Shown piece by piece: positions 14,226 to 32,068 of a stretch of DNA of 64,000 nucleotides. How positions within the stretch are numbered: the first letter of the stretch is position 1; every line of letters starts with the position of its first letter. A model generated the notes under the pieces. That model ran no database searches. It saw only the letters and a program-made list of their open reading frames with translations, and was not told where the DNA came from. The position numbers and the translations under genes were made by a program. Source of the DNA: the human T2T-CHM13v2.0 reference genome, Homo sapiens; the NCBI RefSeq assembly GCF_009914755.1, contig NC_060928.1; one strand, 5' to 3'.

Positions 14226-14775
14226 TACGACGGTTGCTATTGAGAGTCAACTTGATTGGATTGAAAGATGCAAAGTATTGTTCCTGGGTGTGTCTGTGAG
14301 GGTGTTACCAAAGGAGATTAATATTTGAATCAGTGGACTGGGGAGAGGCAGACCCACCCTCAATCTGGGTGGGCACCATCTGATCAGCTGCCAGTGCAGC
14401 TAGGATAAAAGCAGGCAGAGTAACATGGAAGCACTGACTTGCTGAGTCTTCTGGCCTCCATCTTTCTCCCATGCTTCATGCTTCCTGCCCTCCAACATCG
14501 GACTCCAAGTTCTTCAGCTTTTGGATTCTTGGACCTACACCAGTGGTTTGCCAGGGGCTCTCAGGCCTTCCATCACAGGGTGGAGGTTGCACTGTCAGCT
14601 TCCCTACCTTTGAGGTTTTGAGACTTGGACTGGTTTCCTTGCTCCTCAGTTTGCAGACAGCCTATTGTGAGACTTCACCTTGTGATCGTGTGAGTCAATA
14701 CCCCTTAATAAACTCCCTTTTTTATATACATCTATCCTATTCATCCTGTTCCTCTACAGAACCCTGACTAATACA
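14226..14775 (+). mobile_element. MLT2A1 (HERVL) solo LTR inserted in a MIR
   Basis: gtcaacttgattggattgaa...agaaccctgactaataca; perfect 5-bp TSD gtagg (14221-14225 / 14776-14780). Confidence 0.92.
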
Positions 14776-15380
14776 GTAGGTATACCAGCTACCCCATTCA
14801 ACTGATGAGGACACTGAGGTCCAGGAATATGAAGTCCTTGGCCCAAGGTGGACCTAGGTATATGGGCCCAGGAACATGTCTCATTCCATCACCTCCCTCT
14901 GAGCATCAGGGGTCACACTAGAAGGGGGTGGCCATGGTAAGTGTCTTCCCTCCCTGTCATTGCATATACTATTTCCTCAGCCCAGAGCATCTTCCTTCCC
15001 TTGCTGATTCCTACTCCATCCACACAATTCATCTTGGGGCTCCCACCTTCAGGAAGCCTTCCAGGATGCCCCTTCCCCACTGAGCTTGGGGTAGCTGCCT
15101 TCTCAGAGGCCATGCAATGCTTTCTTCGTCAGAACCATCACTGGAGTAAGTGAGAGTGTGGACTCTAGAATGGACTTCCAGAATTTAACTAGTGACTTCA
15201 AGTGACTTTAATGTCCTCAGATGCCAGATGGAGATGGTCCTAATCTGACATAGCTTGTGAATTTGTCATGAGGACTAAATGAATGACACATGTGCAGCAC
15301 TTGGAACGGTGCCCCCCACATGCAAGTGCTCAGCAAATGGTGGCTTTTCTCTATCATACCACAACCTCATTGTCTGTTTA

Positions 15381-15777
<397 letters not shown>

Positions 15778-16071
15778 TTGCAAAATGAGCAGAGCTCTCA
15801 CCTCTCTGGCTTACCTCTCTCAGTGTGTGGGTTAAATGCAGGAATGGAAAAGAGCTCTGTGCCATTGTTCAAGTCCTGTAAAAATGTAGGAGATTGGGAT
15901 TACCAGAATAATTTTGTATCAATATGCCATTGTTAACAGTCTTGTCCCTTGGGTTTGTTGAAGAATTAACTTCCTACTTGACAGCATTCGTGGACATGAT
16001 CTTCTCAAAGACAGAAATAGAAATGGAGAACCAACCCTTTGATTCAACTTTGGTTAAAGTGAAAAGGAACG

Positions 16072-16385
<314 letters not shown>

Positions 16386-16763
16386 TCACAACTTAATTGG
16401 ATAAACCTGGGACAGAAGAATTTGATTATAATGAGTACTTGACACTTTCAAAGTGTCTTGCTGGTGAGGTGAGGCTGTTTACATTCCACAGCTGCAGGAG
16501 CCCAGAAAACAGAGATTTTCCTTAGGAGGGGAAAAGGTCGGTTTACATTTAATTTTATAGAAAGCCTTTTGTCCATGTTTTCTGAGATGGAGCAAAAACT
16601 TCTTGGAGAAACAGTAACTCTCAGTTCTTTTTGGATTCTCATTCATTGATAAATGGCGAATTCTTGCTAAATCTCTCCAGAATGTAACCATCAGTCTCAA
16701 AGCATGTATACATCATTGCACATTAAGCTACCAAATATTCTATTTGCACTTTAAGCTATGAGA

Positions 16764-17116
<353 letters not shown>

Positions 17117-17371
17117 TAGATTTTTTCATAGCAGATGTAGCTTGTTCATTTATATTGTAACCAGATTCACCAGCCTTGAATCAATTGCTATATGCATGGT
17201 TTAAGCTCCTCTCAGAAAATCTTGGATCCCTGAATCTAGGTTTTCTCCTTTCAAGCTGCAGATAATGTAAAATAATGCTTCTAGTGCGCTTAAGTCCAAA
17301 CAAAATGCCCATCTAGTTTCTTCAACACGGGGGACTTCTTGGCACTTTGGGGAATTAATTTTATGCAATAA

Positions 17372-17776
<405 letters not shown>

Positions 17777-17859
17777 GCTGGTTTTCTTTCAAACAGAGGC
17801 CAGCTAGAGCCAGGGACGGCAACTCGGAACGTGTCTAACGAGATCCTTTCTCAGTTGTT

Positions 17860-18360
17860 CACTCATTCTTTATTTCATCTATTCATTCACTCAGAAAATG
17901 TTTACTGCATATCTGCCACATGACAGGCACTGGTTTAGATATTAGGGAAACAGTGTATCTAAGACCACGATTCTCTACTCCATTATTTGAAATGGCAGGA
18001 AAGGGAAGAAGAAAGCAAACCAAACCCACAATGACTGCCATGTAAGAGACAGTAGTAAGTGCTACGAAGAGAAACAAAGCAGGTGAGGGCCAGAGAACAA
18101 GGGGTGCTCTTTTAGACGGGGAAGTCCCCTCTCTGGAAGGTGACATCTGTGCAGAGCTAGGAATGAAGTGAGAGGGTGAGCCCAGAGGTTATCTGGCGGA
18201 AGAACATTCCAGGCAGGGACTCAGCAAGTGCGAAGACCCTGAGGTGGGCGTGTACCTGGAATATTGGAGGAAGAGCAGGGAGGCAGATGTGCTGGAGTGC
18301 AGGGAGTGAGATGAAGCCAAAGGGAGCTGGGACCAGCATTTCCAAGAGCTTTCTCTGATC
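17860..18360 (-). mobile_element. L2 3' fragment
   Basis: ttcattcactcagaaaatgtttactg...gaacattccaggcagggac. Confidence 0.75.
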
Positions 18361-18595
18361 TGGACCTAGGGGGATATGTGGGGAGCACAGAGATCCTATC
18401 GCCCCCATCAGCACCTCCGATATGGGCTTCAGACACTCCTACCTGGAAGATGGGCAACTGGCAGAAACGCCTTGAGCTGGAAGCAGGAGCGTCAGGTTTG
18501 AATCTCTGCTCCTTCCTTTATCAACTGTCACTCGGCTGAGTGGACCTTTCTGAGCCAGAGTTCCTTTATGTATAAAATGGAGATCACCACATCTA

Positions 18596-19003
<408 letters not shown>

Positions 19004-19579
19004 TTAACGCTTGGCCTGGTTCCTGCACTCTAAGCTGGGAGATAGTTGAGACATAAAATTACAAAGGTGGCATGCAGAACTATAGAACTTACAGAGCTTT
19101 ATACATCTCCTTCAGCTCTTCCGGCAAACAGAGAGTGATGGATGTATGTATTATTAGTAATTATTATTTTCCTGTTTTACAGATGAGGAAACTGAGGCCT
19201 GGGACCTGATGTGAGTTGTTCAGGTGGCCAAGGGAGGAACTGAACACAGATTTGTGTGACTCCAAAACCCAAGTATTTGGGCTGTTTTTTTCTCCTTTTG
19301 GTTTGTCACTTATAACTTGCCTGTCCCACATGTGGCCATGACTCTGACTTTCAGTTCACCTGTGTCCCTGTGCCCAAACCTTTGCTTTGTCAGCCTCCCC
19401 CATTAGACTATGAGGTGCTTGAGGACAGGGGAAGGTGTCACCTGTCTCCACATTCCATTGAACAAACTGGATAACACTGAAAGAGGTTGTGTGCTGCAAA
19501 GAGCACTGGGCTGGGAGTCTGAACCCTGCCAGCAGGTGAGGCTCCTTCTTAGCAGACGTGACTCATTTGTGGAGTAGTT

Positions 19580-19985
19580 GCATTAGTCAGGGGAGGCTAG
19601 GCCATGCCAAGGTGACAAATTAACAGACATCTCAGGGACTTGACACACCGAAAGTATATTCCTCGTTTGTGTCACACGTCAGTGCTCTCCTGCAAGTGGT
19701 GACTTGGGGGTCCAGGCTTCTTCCATCTTGGGACATCATTGTCATCATTGTCCTAAACACATGGCTGCCAAGGTCACTTTGGAAGGTGCAGGGAAAGTGA
19801 GGATCAGCCAGGATGCTTTTTAAAGACCACCACAGCTGAGTGGCTTTCACCCCTCTGCCATATTCCTTTGGCCATAACTCAGTGCTATGGTCTCCAGTCT
19901 AACTGCACAGGAGGCTGGGAAACGCTGGCCAGGATGTGCCCAGGAAGGAGAAATGAGTGGTGGGCCTCAAGGCTTGTCTGTGCCA
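19580..19985 (-). mobile_element. MaLR LTR MLT1I-like
   Basis: tgcattagtcagggg...ccaggcttcttccatctt...gtctgtgccaca. Confidence 0.65.
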
Positions 19986-20430
19986 CATTCACCCAATTTT
20001 TCAAATCTCACGTCTGGACAAGAGTCCAACAAAGCTAGCCATCTCATGGAGACAGTAGGGCAGGAGTTTTGCAGTTGGTATTTCGGGACTTACTATTGCC
20101 AGAGTCTCGGGGCAATTCCTTTTCCACTGTTGAGACTTAATTTTCCCCTTGATAAATATGTGGTTGTTCCCCATCTGTGGCCTGTGGATCCCAGTAGGGG
20201 TGAGGGGACTGCATAATTATTCTGAGTCTTAGCATTCCCCTATAAACCAGCACTGTGGTAGATGGAGGGAGTGTAGATGCTATAGGTACCAAATAGAGGC
20301 ACACTTATTTTAAAACCTCGCTGTTTTTGTCATACATGTTCTCAATTAATATAAACATGGAAATAATTTATATCAGGTGAATAATTGTGAAATACTTTAG
20401 GTTAAAGGTCTTCATAATGAAAAATATCTA

Positions 20431-20674
20431 GGCTGGGAGCTGTGGCTGACGCCTGTAAGCCCAGCACTTTGGGAGGCCAAGGCAGGGGATCACTTGAGGT
20501 CAGGAGTTCGAGACCAGCCTGGCCAACATGGTGAAACCCTGTCTCTACTAAAAATACAAAAATGAGCTGAGTGTGATGGCAGATGCCTGTAGTCTCAGAT
20601 ACTCAGGCTGAGGCAGGAGAATTGCTAGATTGGGCAACATAGTAAAAACCCTGTCTCTACCAAAAAAAAAAAAA
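20431..20674 (+). mobile_element. chimeric Alu
   Basis: AluS left arm plus partial right arm fused at ~20626 to a left-arm 3' end. Confidence 0.85.
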
Positions 20675-20973
20675 GGTGGGGCAAAAGACTTGAATAGACA
20701 TTTCTCCAAAGAAGATATACAAATGGCAAAGTACATGAAAAGATGTTCAACATCACTGCTCATCAGGAAAATGCAAGTTAAAATTAGAATGAGATATTAT
20801 GTCACACCCATTAGGATGGATATTATTAAAAAACAAAAAAACAGAAAGCAAGTGTTGGTGAGGATGTGGAGAAACTGGAACCCTGGTACATTGCTGTGGG
20901 AATGTAAAATTGTGCAGTCACTGTGGAAAACAGAATGGCAGGTACTTAAAAAATTAAACATAGAATTACCATA

Positions 20974-21336
20974 TGTATTAGTTCATTTTCATGCTGCTCA
21001 TAAAGACATACCCGAGACTGCACAATTTACAAAAGAAAGAGGTGTAATGGACTCACAGTTCCACATGGCTGGGGGTGCCTCACAATCATGGCAGAAGGCA
21101 AAAGGTATGTCTCACATGGCGGCAGACAAGAGAAGAGAATGACAGCCAAGTAAAAGGGGTTTCCCCTTATAAAACCATCAGATCTCAGGAGGCTTATTCA
21201 CTACCACGAGAACAGTATGGGGGAAATCACTCCCGTGATTCAATTCTCCCCCACTGGGTCCCTCCCACAAATGAGGGAATTATGGGAGGTACAATTCAAG
21301 ATGAGATTTGGGTGGAGACACAGCAAAACCGTATCA
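20974..21336 (-). mobile_element. THE1B solo LTR
   Basis: tgtattagttcattttcatgctgc...aaaccgtatca; perfect TSD ccata. Confidence 0.92.
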
Positions 21337-21848
21337 CCATAGGATCAGCAATTCCACTTCTGGGTGTATCCCCAAAAGAATTGAAAACAGGGACTCAAAC
21401 AGATATTTGTACAACCCTGTTCATAGCAGCATTCTTCACACTAACATTAATTTCCACCAAAAGGTGGATGCAACCCAGTGTCCATGACAGGTGAGTGGAT
21501 AAGCAAATATGGTCTGTACCTACGATAGAAGAGTATTCAGCTTTGAAAAGGAATGAAATTCTAACACATCCTACAACCTGGTTAAACCTTGAGGACATTA
21601 TGGTAAATAAAATAAGCCAGGACAAATACTGTATGAGGTAGTTAAAGTAGTCCATTCACAGCAACAGGAAGGAGAATGGTGGGTGCCAGGGGCTTGTGGG
21701 GTGAAGATGGGAATGTTAGTGTTTAATGGGAACAGAGTTTCAGTCTGGGAAGATGAAAAAGCCCTGGAGATGGATGGTGGTGACGGTTCCGAGACCATGT
21801 GAATGTGTTTAATGCCGCTGAGTGGCACATTTGAAAATGGGGAAAATC

Positions 21849-21979
21849 GGCCAAGCTTGTGGCTCATGCCTGTAATCTCAGCACTTTGGGAGGCTAAGCT
21901 GGGAGGATCATTTGAGCCTAGGAGTTTGAGACCAGCCTGGGCAAGATGGTACCCCATTTCTATAAATAAAAATAAAAAT
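21849..21979 (+). mobile_element. FLAM / Alu left monomer
   Basis: Single left arm with A-rich tail. Confidence 0.85.
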
Positions 21980-21980
21980 G

Positions 21981-22314
<334 letters not shown>

Positions 22315-22739
22315 GGGTAAAATGGTAAGTTTTATGTTGTGTATATATTATAAAGTGTGGGGGAATAAGAATGATTAAGGGCTCCTGGGAAGGCCAAGTG
22401 CTTCCCTGTGAAGCAGGGAGCCTGTGGGGCTCGGAGGGTGGAGTCAGGCAAGCGGGGCACAGCAGCGGGGCCTCGGGGCTTTGAGGGCGCTGGGACTGAC
22501 CTTTCTCCCATTTGCTCCTGCTGAGGGCCCCAGAGGCCAGCTCGGCCTGGCCTGAGGTCTCAAAGGCATTTCTGAAATGCCTCACTCCAGAGGGCACCGC
22601 TTCCTGCCACAGTGACATGGGGGATGGTCCGGGGAACTCATCCCAGCTAAGTGACCTCTCTGGCTGGCTGGCCTCTGTCCGATGCCAGGCATCATCTGGA
22701 ACCTCTAAAAAGTTCATTTAGCACGAGGGCAGAGGCATG

Positions 22740-24340
22740 GCATTCAGGGTCTGCCCCTTAATGGGAAACCAACTGTCCTTTAGAAAAAGGAATTAATTCA
22801 AAATCAGTTCGTGGGATCATAAATCAACAGACACGTTCCAAAAATGTTCGAATCATTGCAACTTCAGGGGGATCTGAAAAGCTCTCCATTGTAAACAGAC
22901 AAATTGTTTGGGATAAAAGGAGAGAAGAAACTCTGGTGATCCCAACTTCACAAGTGAACTGGCTCTTTTTTAAGCCAGAAGGGGTGTCTATTGTAGGAAT
23001 TTTTGTTTCCTTTTCCCTTTTGTATCTTTGGGCTTCAAAGGGGATGGCGAGAGGTTAAAACACAGCGAGAGAGGCTGCCCTTGTGATTTTTCAGCCTGCT
23101 GGAAACAGAAAGATACCAGGAATCTACTGAGGTGATGCAGACATGGGGTGTTGGCTGGGATTCCTCGCGGAATCTGGGAATCATATCGGTGTGTGGGGCC
23201 ATGGGGCCTGCAGCGCTTTACAGGTTTCCCGAGAGGAAAGCAAGGCCCAGGAAGCTTGAGCACCTTATCCAGTGCCACCTGGCTACTAAGGGCCAGTCCA
23301 TAGTGGTGGCTGATTTGCCTCCAAATGAATTTTCTGATGTGCGCATTTTGCTGCAAGAAAGACACGAGTTAGAACGTGCTGAATTTCAATCCCGGAGCCT
23401 CCCAGGAGGAGGCGTTCATTTGCTCCCCAAACTTTCACTGTGGTGGCCAGAGTTCTCAGCCCAGGACACCTCCTGTTGAGGACCTGGGAGCTGTCTGGGA
23501 TGTTTGCCTGTTTCTCACTCCTCCACCCCTTCCCTCCCCTCCAGAGTAGCCAGTTCACCTTTAACCAGTTTCTTTCAGGCGCGCAGATGGTATTTCAACT
23601 TCAGAGGGAGCGACAGAGTTGGGGGGCCTTTATGGATCTGTGACCCCCGGCTCTTTGAGTTGCACAAACTAGCTCTCCCCCACCCCGGTCCAGCGGCTGC
23701 CAGCCCCAGCCCCCTTCAAAGGCCGGCTGGGTGCCACGCAGCAATTTCCGCTGCCGAATCTGACAGTGACAGTTCACTGGGACCTTCTCTCGCTCTCTCT
23801 CTCTGTTCTCCGTGCTGGGGCCTTCTCAACTTTAAGTCTGATAGGGTCTTGTCACAAAGTCTGGCTGGAATGGGCTGAAGGGAGACAGAAACTGATAAAT
23901 TTTCTTTTGATCTCAGATCTGCAAAGCCGCTCAGAAAAAATAAATCGCAACAGTGGGCCCACGGTGGTTGGTCAGAGCCAGAGAAGCCAGAAAAGTTTCC
24001 TTCTCCAGCTCAGGGTTCCCTGATTCCCCCTGGTACATTACATATCAAAAGGAGGCGGGTGCGCTGGGGAGGGATCCCTGGCTCAGAACAGGGCAAGGAA
24101 CCTAATTAGGTGAAAATCATTTAAATGGTTTTCACAGCATCGTTTGATTTAAAGCATTTATCACCACCTAACGCATAATTAACAGCAGGACAAGCGATTG
24201 AACAAAGGCTGTCTTCTACTCAGAGGGATTATGTTAATTTTCATTAATCTTATATATTACCATCTCTTTCCAAATGAATGTTATCTTAAAGGCCCAAATG
24301 CCTTCTTTGATCTTGGGGAAAGGAAAAAAAGAGAGAGAGA
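22740..24340. promoter_or_regulatory. candidate developmental enhancer (repeat-poor island)
   Basis: No recognisable repeats; PBX-HOX, FOX, TCF/LEF x2, MEIS x2, GATA, SOX and homeobox motifs; function inferred only. Confidence 0.45.
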
Positions 24341-25309
24341 GAAGAAAAGATTGTAACCTATGTTTGTTTGGAAATGACATTTTAACAACAGGCTCCAAGT
24401 ACAGGATCAGAAGTTTTTGGTATTCAAGAGTTAATCCAGCCACAAAAAGAAGGAAATTCTGTGTGGAGGAATCAGGCGCTGCGCTTGCCTGGAAACACAG
24501 GATTGGGCCAGATGGGTTGTCTGAGGTCTCCTTTAGTTTGATTGTTTATTATGGTTCTAAGGGAATATACTCAGATTCTGCCATAACATTCTCACGTTGT
24601 TGGACGTGTCTGCCCCTTGCCATCCTAGCCCAGAGGGTCCCTTACAATAATTTTAATTTAAAAAAAAAATTAGTGAAGACAAGTAGTTATAGAAACTGGC
24701 TTAATATGAATAATAACCACACACTGTGCTCTTCATCTGATAATTAATTACTTGACCTGTATTATGTCATCAAATCCATACCACAGCTTGATTGTCATCC
24801 TCACATTGCAGATGAGGCAACTGAGCCATGGGGGAAACTGAGGTAGCTTGTCTCAGTTAATATTCGGGATACTCACCCAGGCAGGTGGCCTCTAGAGCCT
24901 GTTCTCTTGGCTGCTGGACTGCGCGGCCCGCCTGCGTGGTTGGTCAGGAATCTTGCTGTAACCCGTCTGTCTGGGCTCCCATCTCAGCTGTGTCCCCAGC
25001 TTCGTGTGCAAACTTGGGCCAGTGTCTGTGCCTCTGGGGCCTCAGTTTCTTCATTACCAACTTCCAGAATATCGGTCTCCACGCTGGGCTAACAGCTTGC
25101 ATTTATGGAATGCTTTGTTGAATGCTGGTGCTGTTGTTTCCCCATTTCACAGATGAGGAAACTGAGATCTTAGAGGCCCTGCCAGGTTCGCACGCTGTGA
25201 GTTGTGTAGCTGGGATTTGAACCCAGATCAGCAGATGCTGAGCCTTTTCTTAATCTTTATGATCTGTTGACTCACAAAATCCAACTAGGGGCATTTCTAG
25301 CTTTAAATA

Positions 25310-26172
<863 letters not shown>

Positions 26173-26179
26173 TAGGATT

Positions 26180-26805
<626 letters not shown>

Positions 26806-26967
26806 CTAAAAAATATAGAGGATTCTCTCTATAAACACACTGAGTAACTTTATTGTGTGTATGTGAAATGTTTGGAATAAACATAAGACCTGGTTCTTGC
26901 CCTAGAGGAATGTACTGAATTAATCATAATAGTAATAATTTTTAAATGACTACCATTTATTGAGTGA

Positions 26968-27381
<414 letters not shown>

Positions 27382-28519
27382 TAAAACTTGCCCAAGATCA
27401 CCCAGCACATAAGTAGTAATGTTGGTGGGCATGGGTCCAAGCCTCACTCTGGATCCCACTCCTCAGCTGAGCCAGAGTTCCCTGAGCACCTTCTATGCCA
27501 GCACATTCCAGTAAAATAGTATCATTCTGCCCTGGCACAGTTTGGCGAGGCAGGCAATATCATCCCCGTTTTGCAGAGGAGGAGACTGGGGCTCAGAGTT
27601 GGAGAAGACTTGAATCCAGCTGCCTCTTTTTCATCCTACAAGGAAGAGACAGAGCTGAACACAGGTCTCACAGCACTATGAGGTCATTCTGGGGTTCAGG
27701 GTACGCCTCAAAGAAGAAGGTGTCTGGGCAGGCCTGGGGTATGTGTAGGGGTGCTGGGGAGTAGGCAGGACCTAGATAAGTGAGTTTCAGGAGCTAAGAG
27801 CAGGGTGTGAGCTGAGCCTGGAGCTGTTTATTCAGCTTTAGGGGGAAAGATTTCATCCAGGGCCCTGGTTGGTGATAAAGCAGCTCTGTTTTCAAACCAA
27901 ACATGGCCTTTCCTTCGAGGACTGGGAAATTTGGGAAGAAAGATATTGCATGGCTCTCCTGTGGATCTTTCCGGCCCTATCACCAATGAAATATCTCACT
28001 GGACTCTTAGGGGAAAGTTGAAATGCACTCCCAAAGAGATTCAGGCCACTGCGGGTAACTTCAAAGGACGGTCCTCCAGAAAGCTGAAATTTAAAAAGTC
28101 CACGACAGCCCTTTAAAGGTGGTCTGGACACACATTGTTGGTCTGGCGCCCATTGTCCCTGACCCTGACCAAAAGCCTCACAGAGCTGCAAAAATGTCTG
28201 TGGGCAGGACTGGCTCTAACTCGGGCCTGGGAGGCAGGACTGAGAAGAAAACCCACGTAGTGAGCCTGCACCAGGTCCTAGGAACTTTCTACACTTTCTT
28301 TCTCTTTAAGACTCATAATAGTTCTGGAAGAGAAGAAGTCTCACTCCCATGTTCTAAATTTACAGCCTAGGGGAAGAGACAAGAAGGGTCTCATTCACGA
28401 CCACATGGCTGGGAAGTAAGAGATCTGAGATTTGTCTGACTCCAAAGAACTGAGTTGTAGTGGCCTGGGGGATCACAGATCATGACAGTGATGATGACAA
28501 CTACTATCACTTATTATTA

Positions 28520-29070
28520 TACAGATAATATTTTCTAAAGATGGCTGTGACAATATCTCCCATTCCACATGTTCTTCTTATAACGTGACTTTGACACTCC
28601 TCCCACTGAGTGGTGGGGGTGCCTGTATTCCCTCCCTTTGAACCTGGGCAGGCTTGCGACTATGGCAGAAGTGACACTATGGAACTTCCAAGAAAAGCTT
28701 ATTAGATTATAAAATGCTATGCATATCTACCTTACTCTCTTGAGTCTCTCTTGGAACCCAGCTGCCATGCTGTCAGGAAGCCCAATCTAGCCCACATGGA
28801 GAGAGCTCGTGTTCTAACCAAGAGACCAGCTGAGGTCCCAGCTGAAAGGCAGCATCAATTGCCAGCATGGGAATGAAGACACCTCAGAATGGCTCCCACC
28901 CCTGAGTCATCCCCAACAAATTGAGTCTCCTGTGTGCCAGATGTTGGGGAACAAAGACAAACTGTCTCTGCCCAAATTCCTGACCCAGAGAATCATGAAT
29001 GTTATAAAATGGCTGTGCAATGCCACTACATTTTAGGGTTCATTTGTTACTTAGCAACAGTATGTAGAGC
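28520..29070 (+). mobile_element. MaLR LTR MLT1G/H-like
   Basis: ttttctaaagatggctg...ccctttgaacctgggcagg...ggaacccagctgccatgctg. Confidence 0.7.
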
Positions 29071-29209
29071 AAATATAACAACCATTGAATAAGGGCTAAC
29101 ATTGACCAAGTACTTGTTGTGTGCTCAGCACTGTATTAAGAGCTTATACAGTCAGAGGAAGAAGGAGCTTTGAAACTCAGCTTCTTCCATTTGTAAAGAA
29201 GTGATAATG

Positions 29210-29526
<317 letters not shown>

Positions 29527-29534
29527 GTGATAAT

Positions 29535-30119
<585 letters not shown>

Positions 30120-30298
30120 TGAAAAATGTAGGTTTCCAGGCCCCATCCCAAACCTGCTGAGACCACATTATGCACAGTATCCCAATGGCGAAGGCAGGGT
30201 AAGACCAAGCCCAGGAGAAGGGTCAGGACAATGTGATTCCATTTAATGCAGCAAATATTACTGACAGCCCTGACTACATGCCAGGTGCCTGGACTTCC

Positions 30299-30437
30299 CT
30301 CAGCTACTCAGGAGGCTAAGTCTTGAGGATCACTTGAGCCCAGAAGTTTGAGGCTGCACTGAACCATGATCACACCACTGCAATTCAGCCTGGGTGACAG
30401 AGCAAGATCTTGTCTTTAAAATAAAATAAAATAAAAA
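30299..30437 (+). mobile_element. Alu right-arm fragment (AluJ/FRAM)
   Basis: cagctactcaggaggct...(TAAAA)n tail. Confidence 0.85.
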
Positions 30438-30819
30438 TATTATTATAATGAAAGAATTTAAATAACACAGTGTTGTAGAATATAGAATACATGGATATAG
30501 ATGACACAATGCTGATGGGGATGACAGTTCATGACCATCAGGCTTGTACTGGGCACCCTCCTGTGTTCTCTATACACAGATTCTAGTCGATTACCTTCTC
30601 ACAACTGCTCCCCCCACCCCGCCTTTTCTATTTTTTAGATGCAGAGATTCAGAGAGTCTAAGCAACTTTTCTAAATCATCTAGCTGGAATTCAGTAACTG
30701 AGCCAGGATCTACCCCAGGTCTGTCTGACTCCAAAGCCTGTGTCTTCCAGCACACACTGCTGCTGCCTGGGGTAAGAGCTCAACATTATGCTTGGAAAAA
30801 GGAGCTTTTCTATCTCATT

Positions 30820-31275
30820 GTGGAGGGCTGGGATGTCTCCCGTGTCCACGCTCCCTTCTTTCTTAGTAATGGGCACGTTACTGCGTTCCCCAGCCTCTCT
30901 TGCAGCAAGGTGACCAAGTGAACACTTTCTGGCTAATGAGATGTACATAGAAGTCTTGTGTAATACTTCTGGGAAGCTTTCTGAAAGAGAGCGAATATAC
31001 TCTTCTCCCATTTTCCTCAAAAACCTTCTAGCAGGAATGTGGATATGATGTCTGGAGCTCTAGCAACCATATCAGACCACAAGGATGAATGTACACCCCA
31101 GGAATGGAAGAGAGGAAAGCCAGAAAAAGACTCGGTCCCTGATGGCTGAAGAGCTACCATACCTGCCCCTAGATCTTCTATTTCTGATCATCTTCTATGC
31201 AAGGGTGAGTGAACTCGTATTGTGTTAACGTCACTGTGATACTGGGTCTTGTTTCTTGCCAGTTGAATGTGATCC
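30820..31275 (+). mobile_element. MaLR LTR MLT1J-like
   Basis: ttctggctaatgagatgtacatagaagtc...ggaatgtggatatgatgtctggagctctagc. Confidence 0.7.
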
Positions 31276-31289
31276 TAAGTGGTACAATG

Positions 31290-31720
31290 GGTCAACTGAG
31301 AGGAAGAGAATGAACTTGGGTTGGGATTTGAAAGATGGGTAGGACTGAGACAGGAATGGGGGAAGAAGTTCCTTATAGGTGCTGGGAACAGCAAGAGTGA
31401 GAAGTGTCCTTGAGGTGGCATGTGGAGTATAACAAGGAAGATGTAGGAGCTAAGCAGGGTTAGAGCAATGGTTTGTAAAGAGCTTTGGCTGCCAGGCAGT
31501 GAAGATACAATTTCAACTGTTAAGCACTGGGGAGCCATAGAAGGTGTTTGAGCGGATAAGTGATGTGTTTGGTACTGGATTTTGCCTTGATGGAGATCTG
31601 TAGGCGGAACTGAAGAGGAGGAAGCCTGGGCCAGAAATGGGGCCCTGGGGGGTGGGAATTGCTTGGAAAGGAGGTTTGGAGACCAGCTTTGGCAATGGTC
31701 CATGGAATCACTATTGCATT
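31290..31720 (-). mobile_element. L2 fragment
   Basis: aagcactggggagccatagaaggtgtttgagc. Confidence 0.6.
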
Positions 31721-32002
31721 AAACAGTGGTGTGCTAATACTGTGGGTGATTTGGAAGCCACTGAAACGATGATGCACAAGATAGCATGATAACATGTCAA
31801 GTTGCTCACGGTATATTGTTATATGACAAAAATAGGTCTCCAAACAGTTTGCACAATATGATGAGTTCCTGAAAATTCACTTCATGCATTTTATTTAAAA
31901 GCCAAGAAGGTTATTCTCCAATTGTTAATAATAGTTACTGCTAGGGGGAAGTTTTCAGGGATGATTTTTCTTTCTTCTTTTGCTCACTATTTTCTAAGCT
32001 GT

Positions 32003-32019
32003 TAGTAGTAGTAGTAGTA

Positions 32020-32067
<48 letters not shown>

Positions 32068-32068
32068 G
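32003..32068. repeat. (TAG)6(TAA)15 compound microsatellite
   Basis: Read directly from sequence. Confidence 0.95.

Noticed and set aside
20630-21142. 170-aa ORF resembling the L1 ORF2 C-terminus
   Set aside because: Decayed L1MB running into THE1B; not a gene
21236-21246. DUX4 site in THE1B
   Set aside because: Minus strand reads GAATTGAATCA; the first T of TAAT is lost
32003-32068. 22 consecutive stop codons
   Set aside because: Ordinary compound trinucleotide microsatellite
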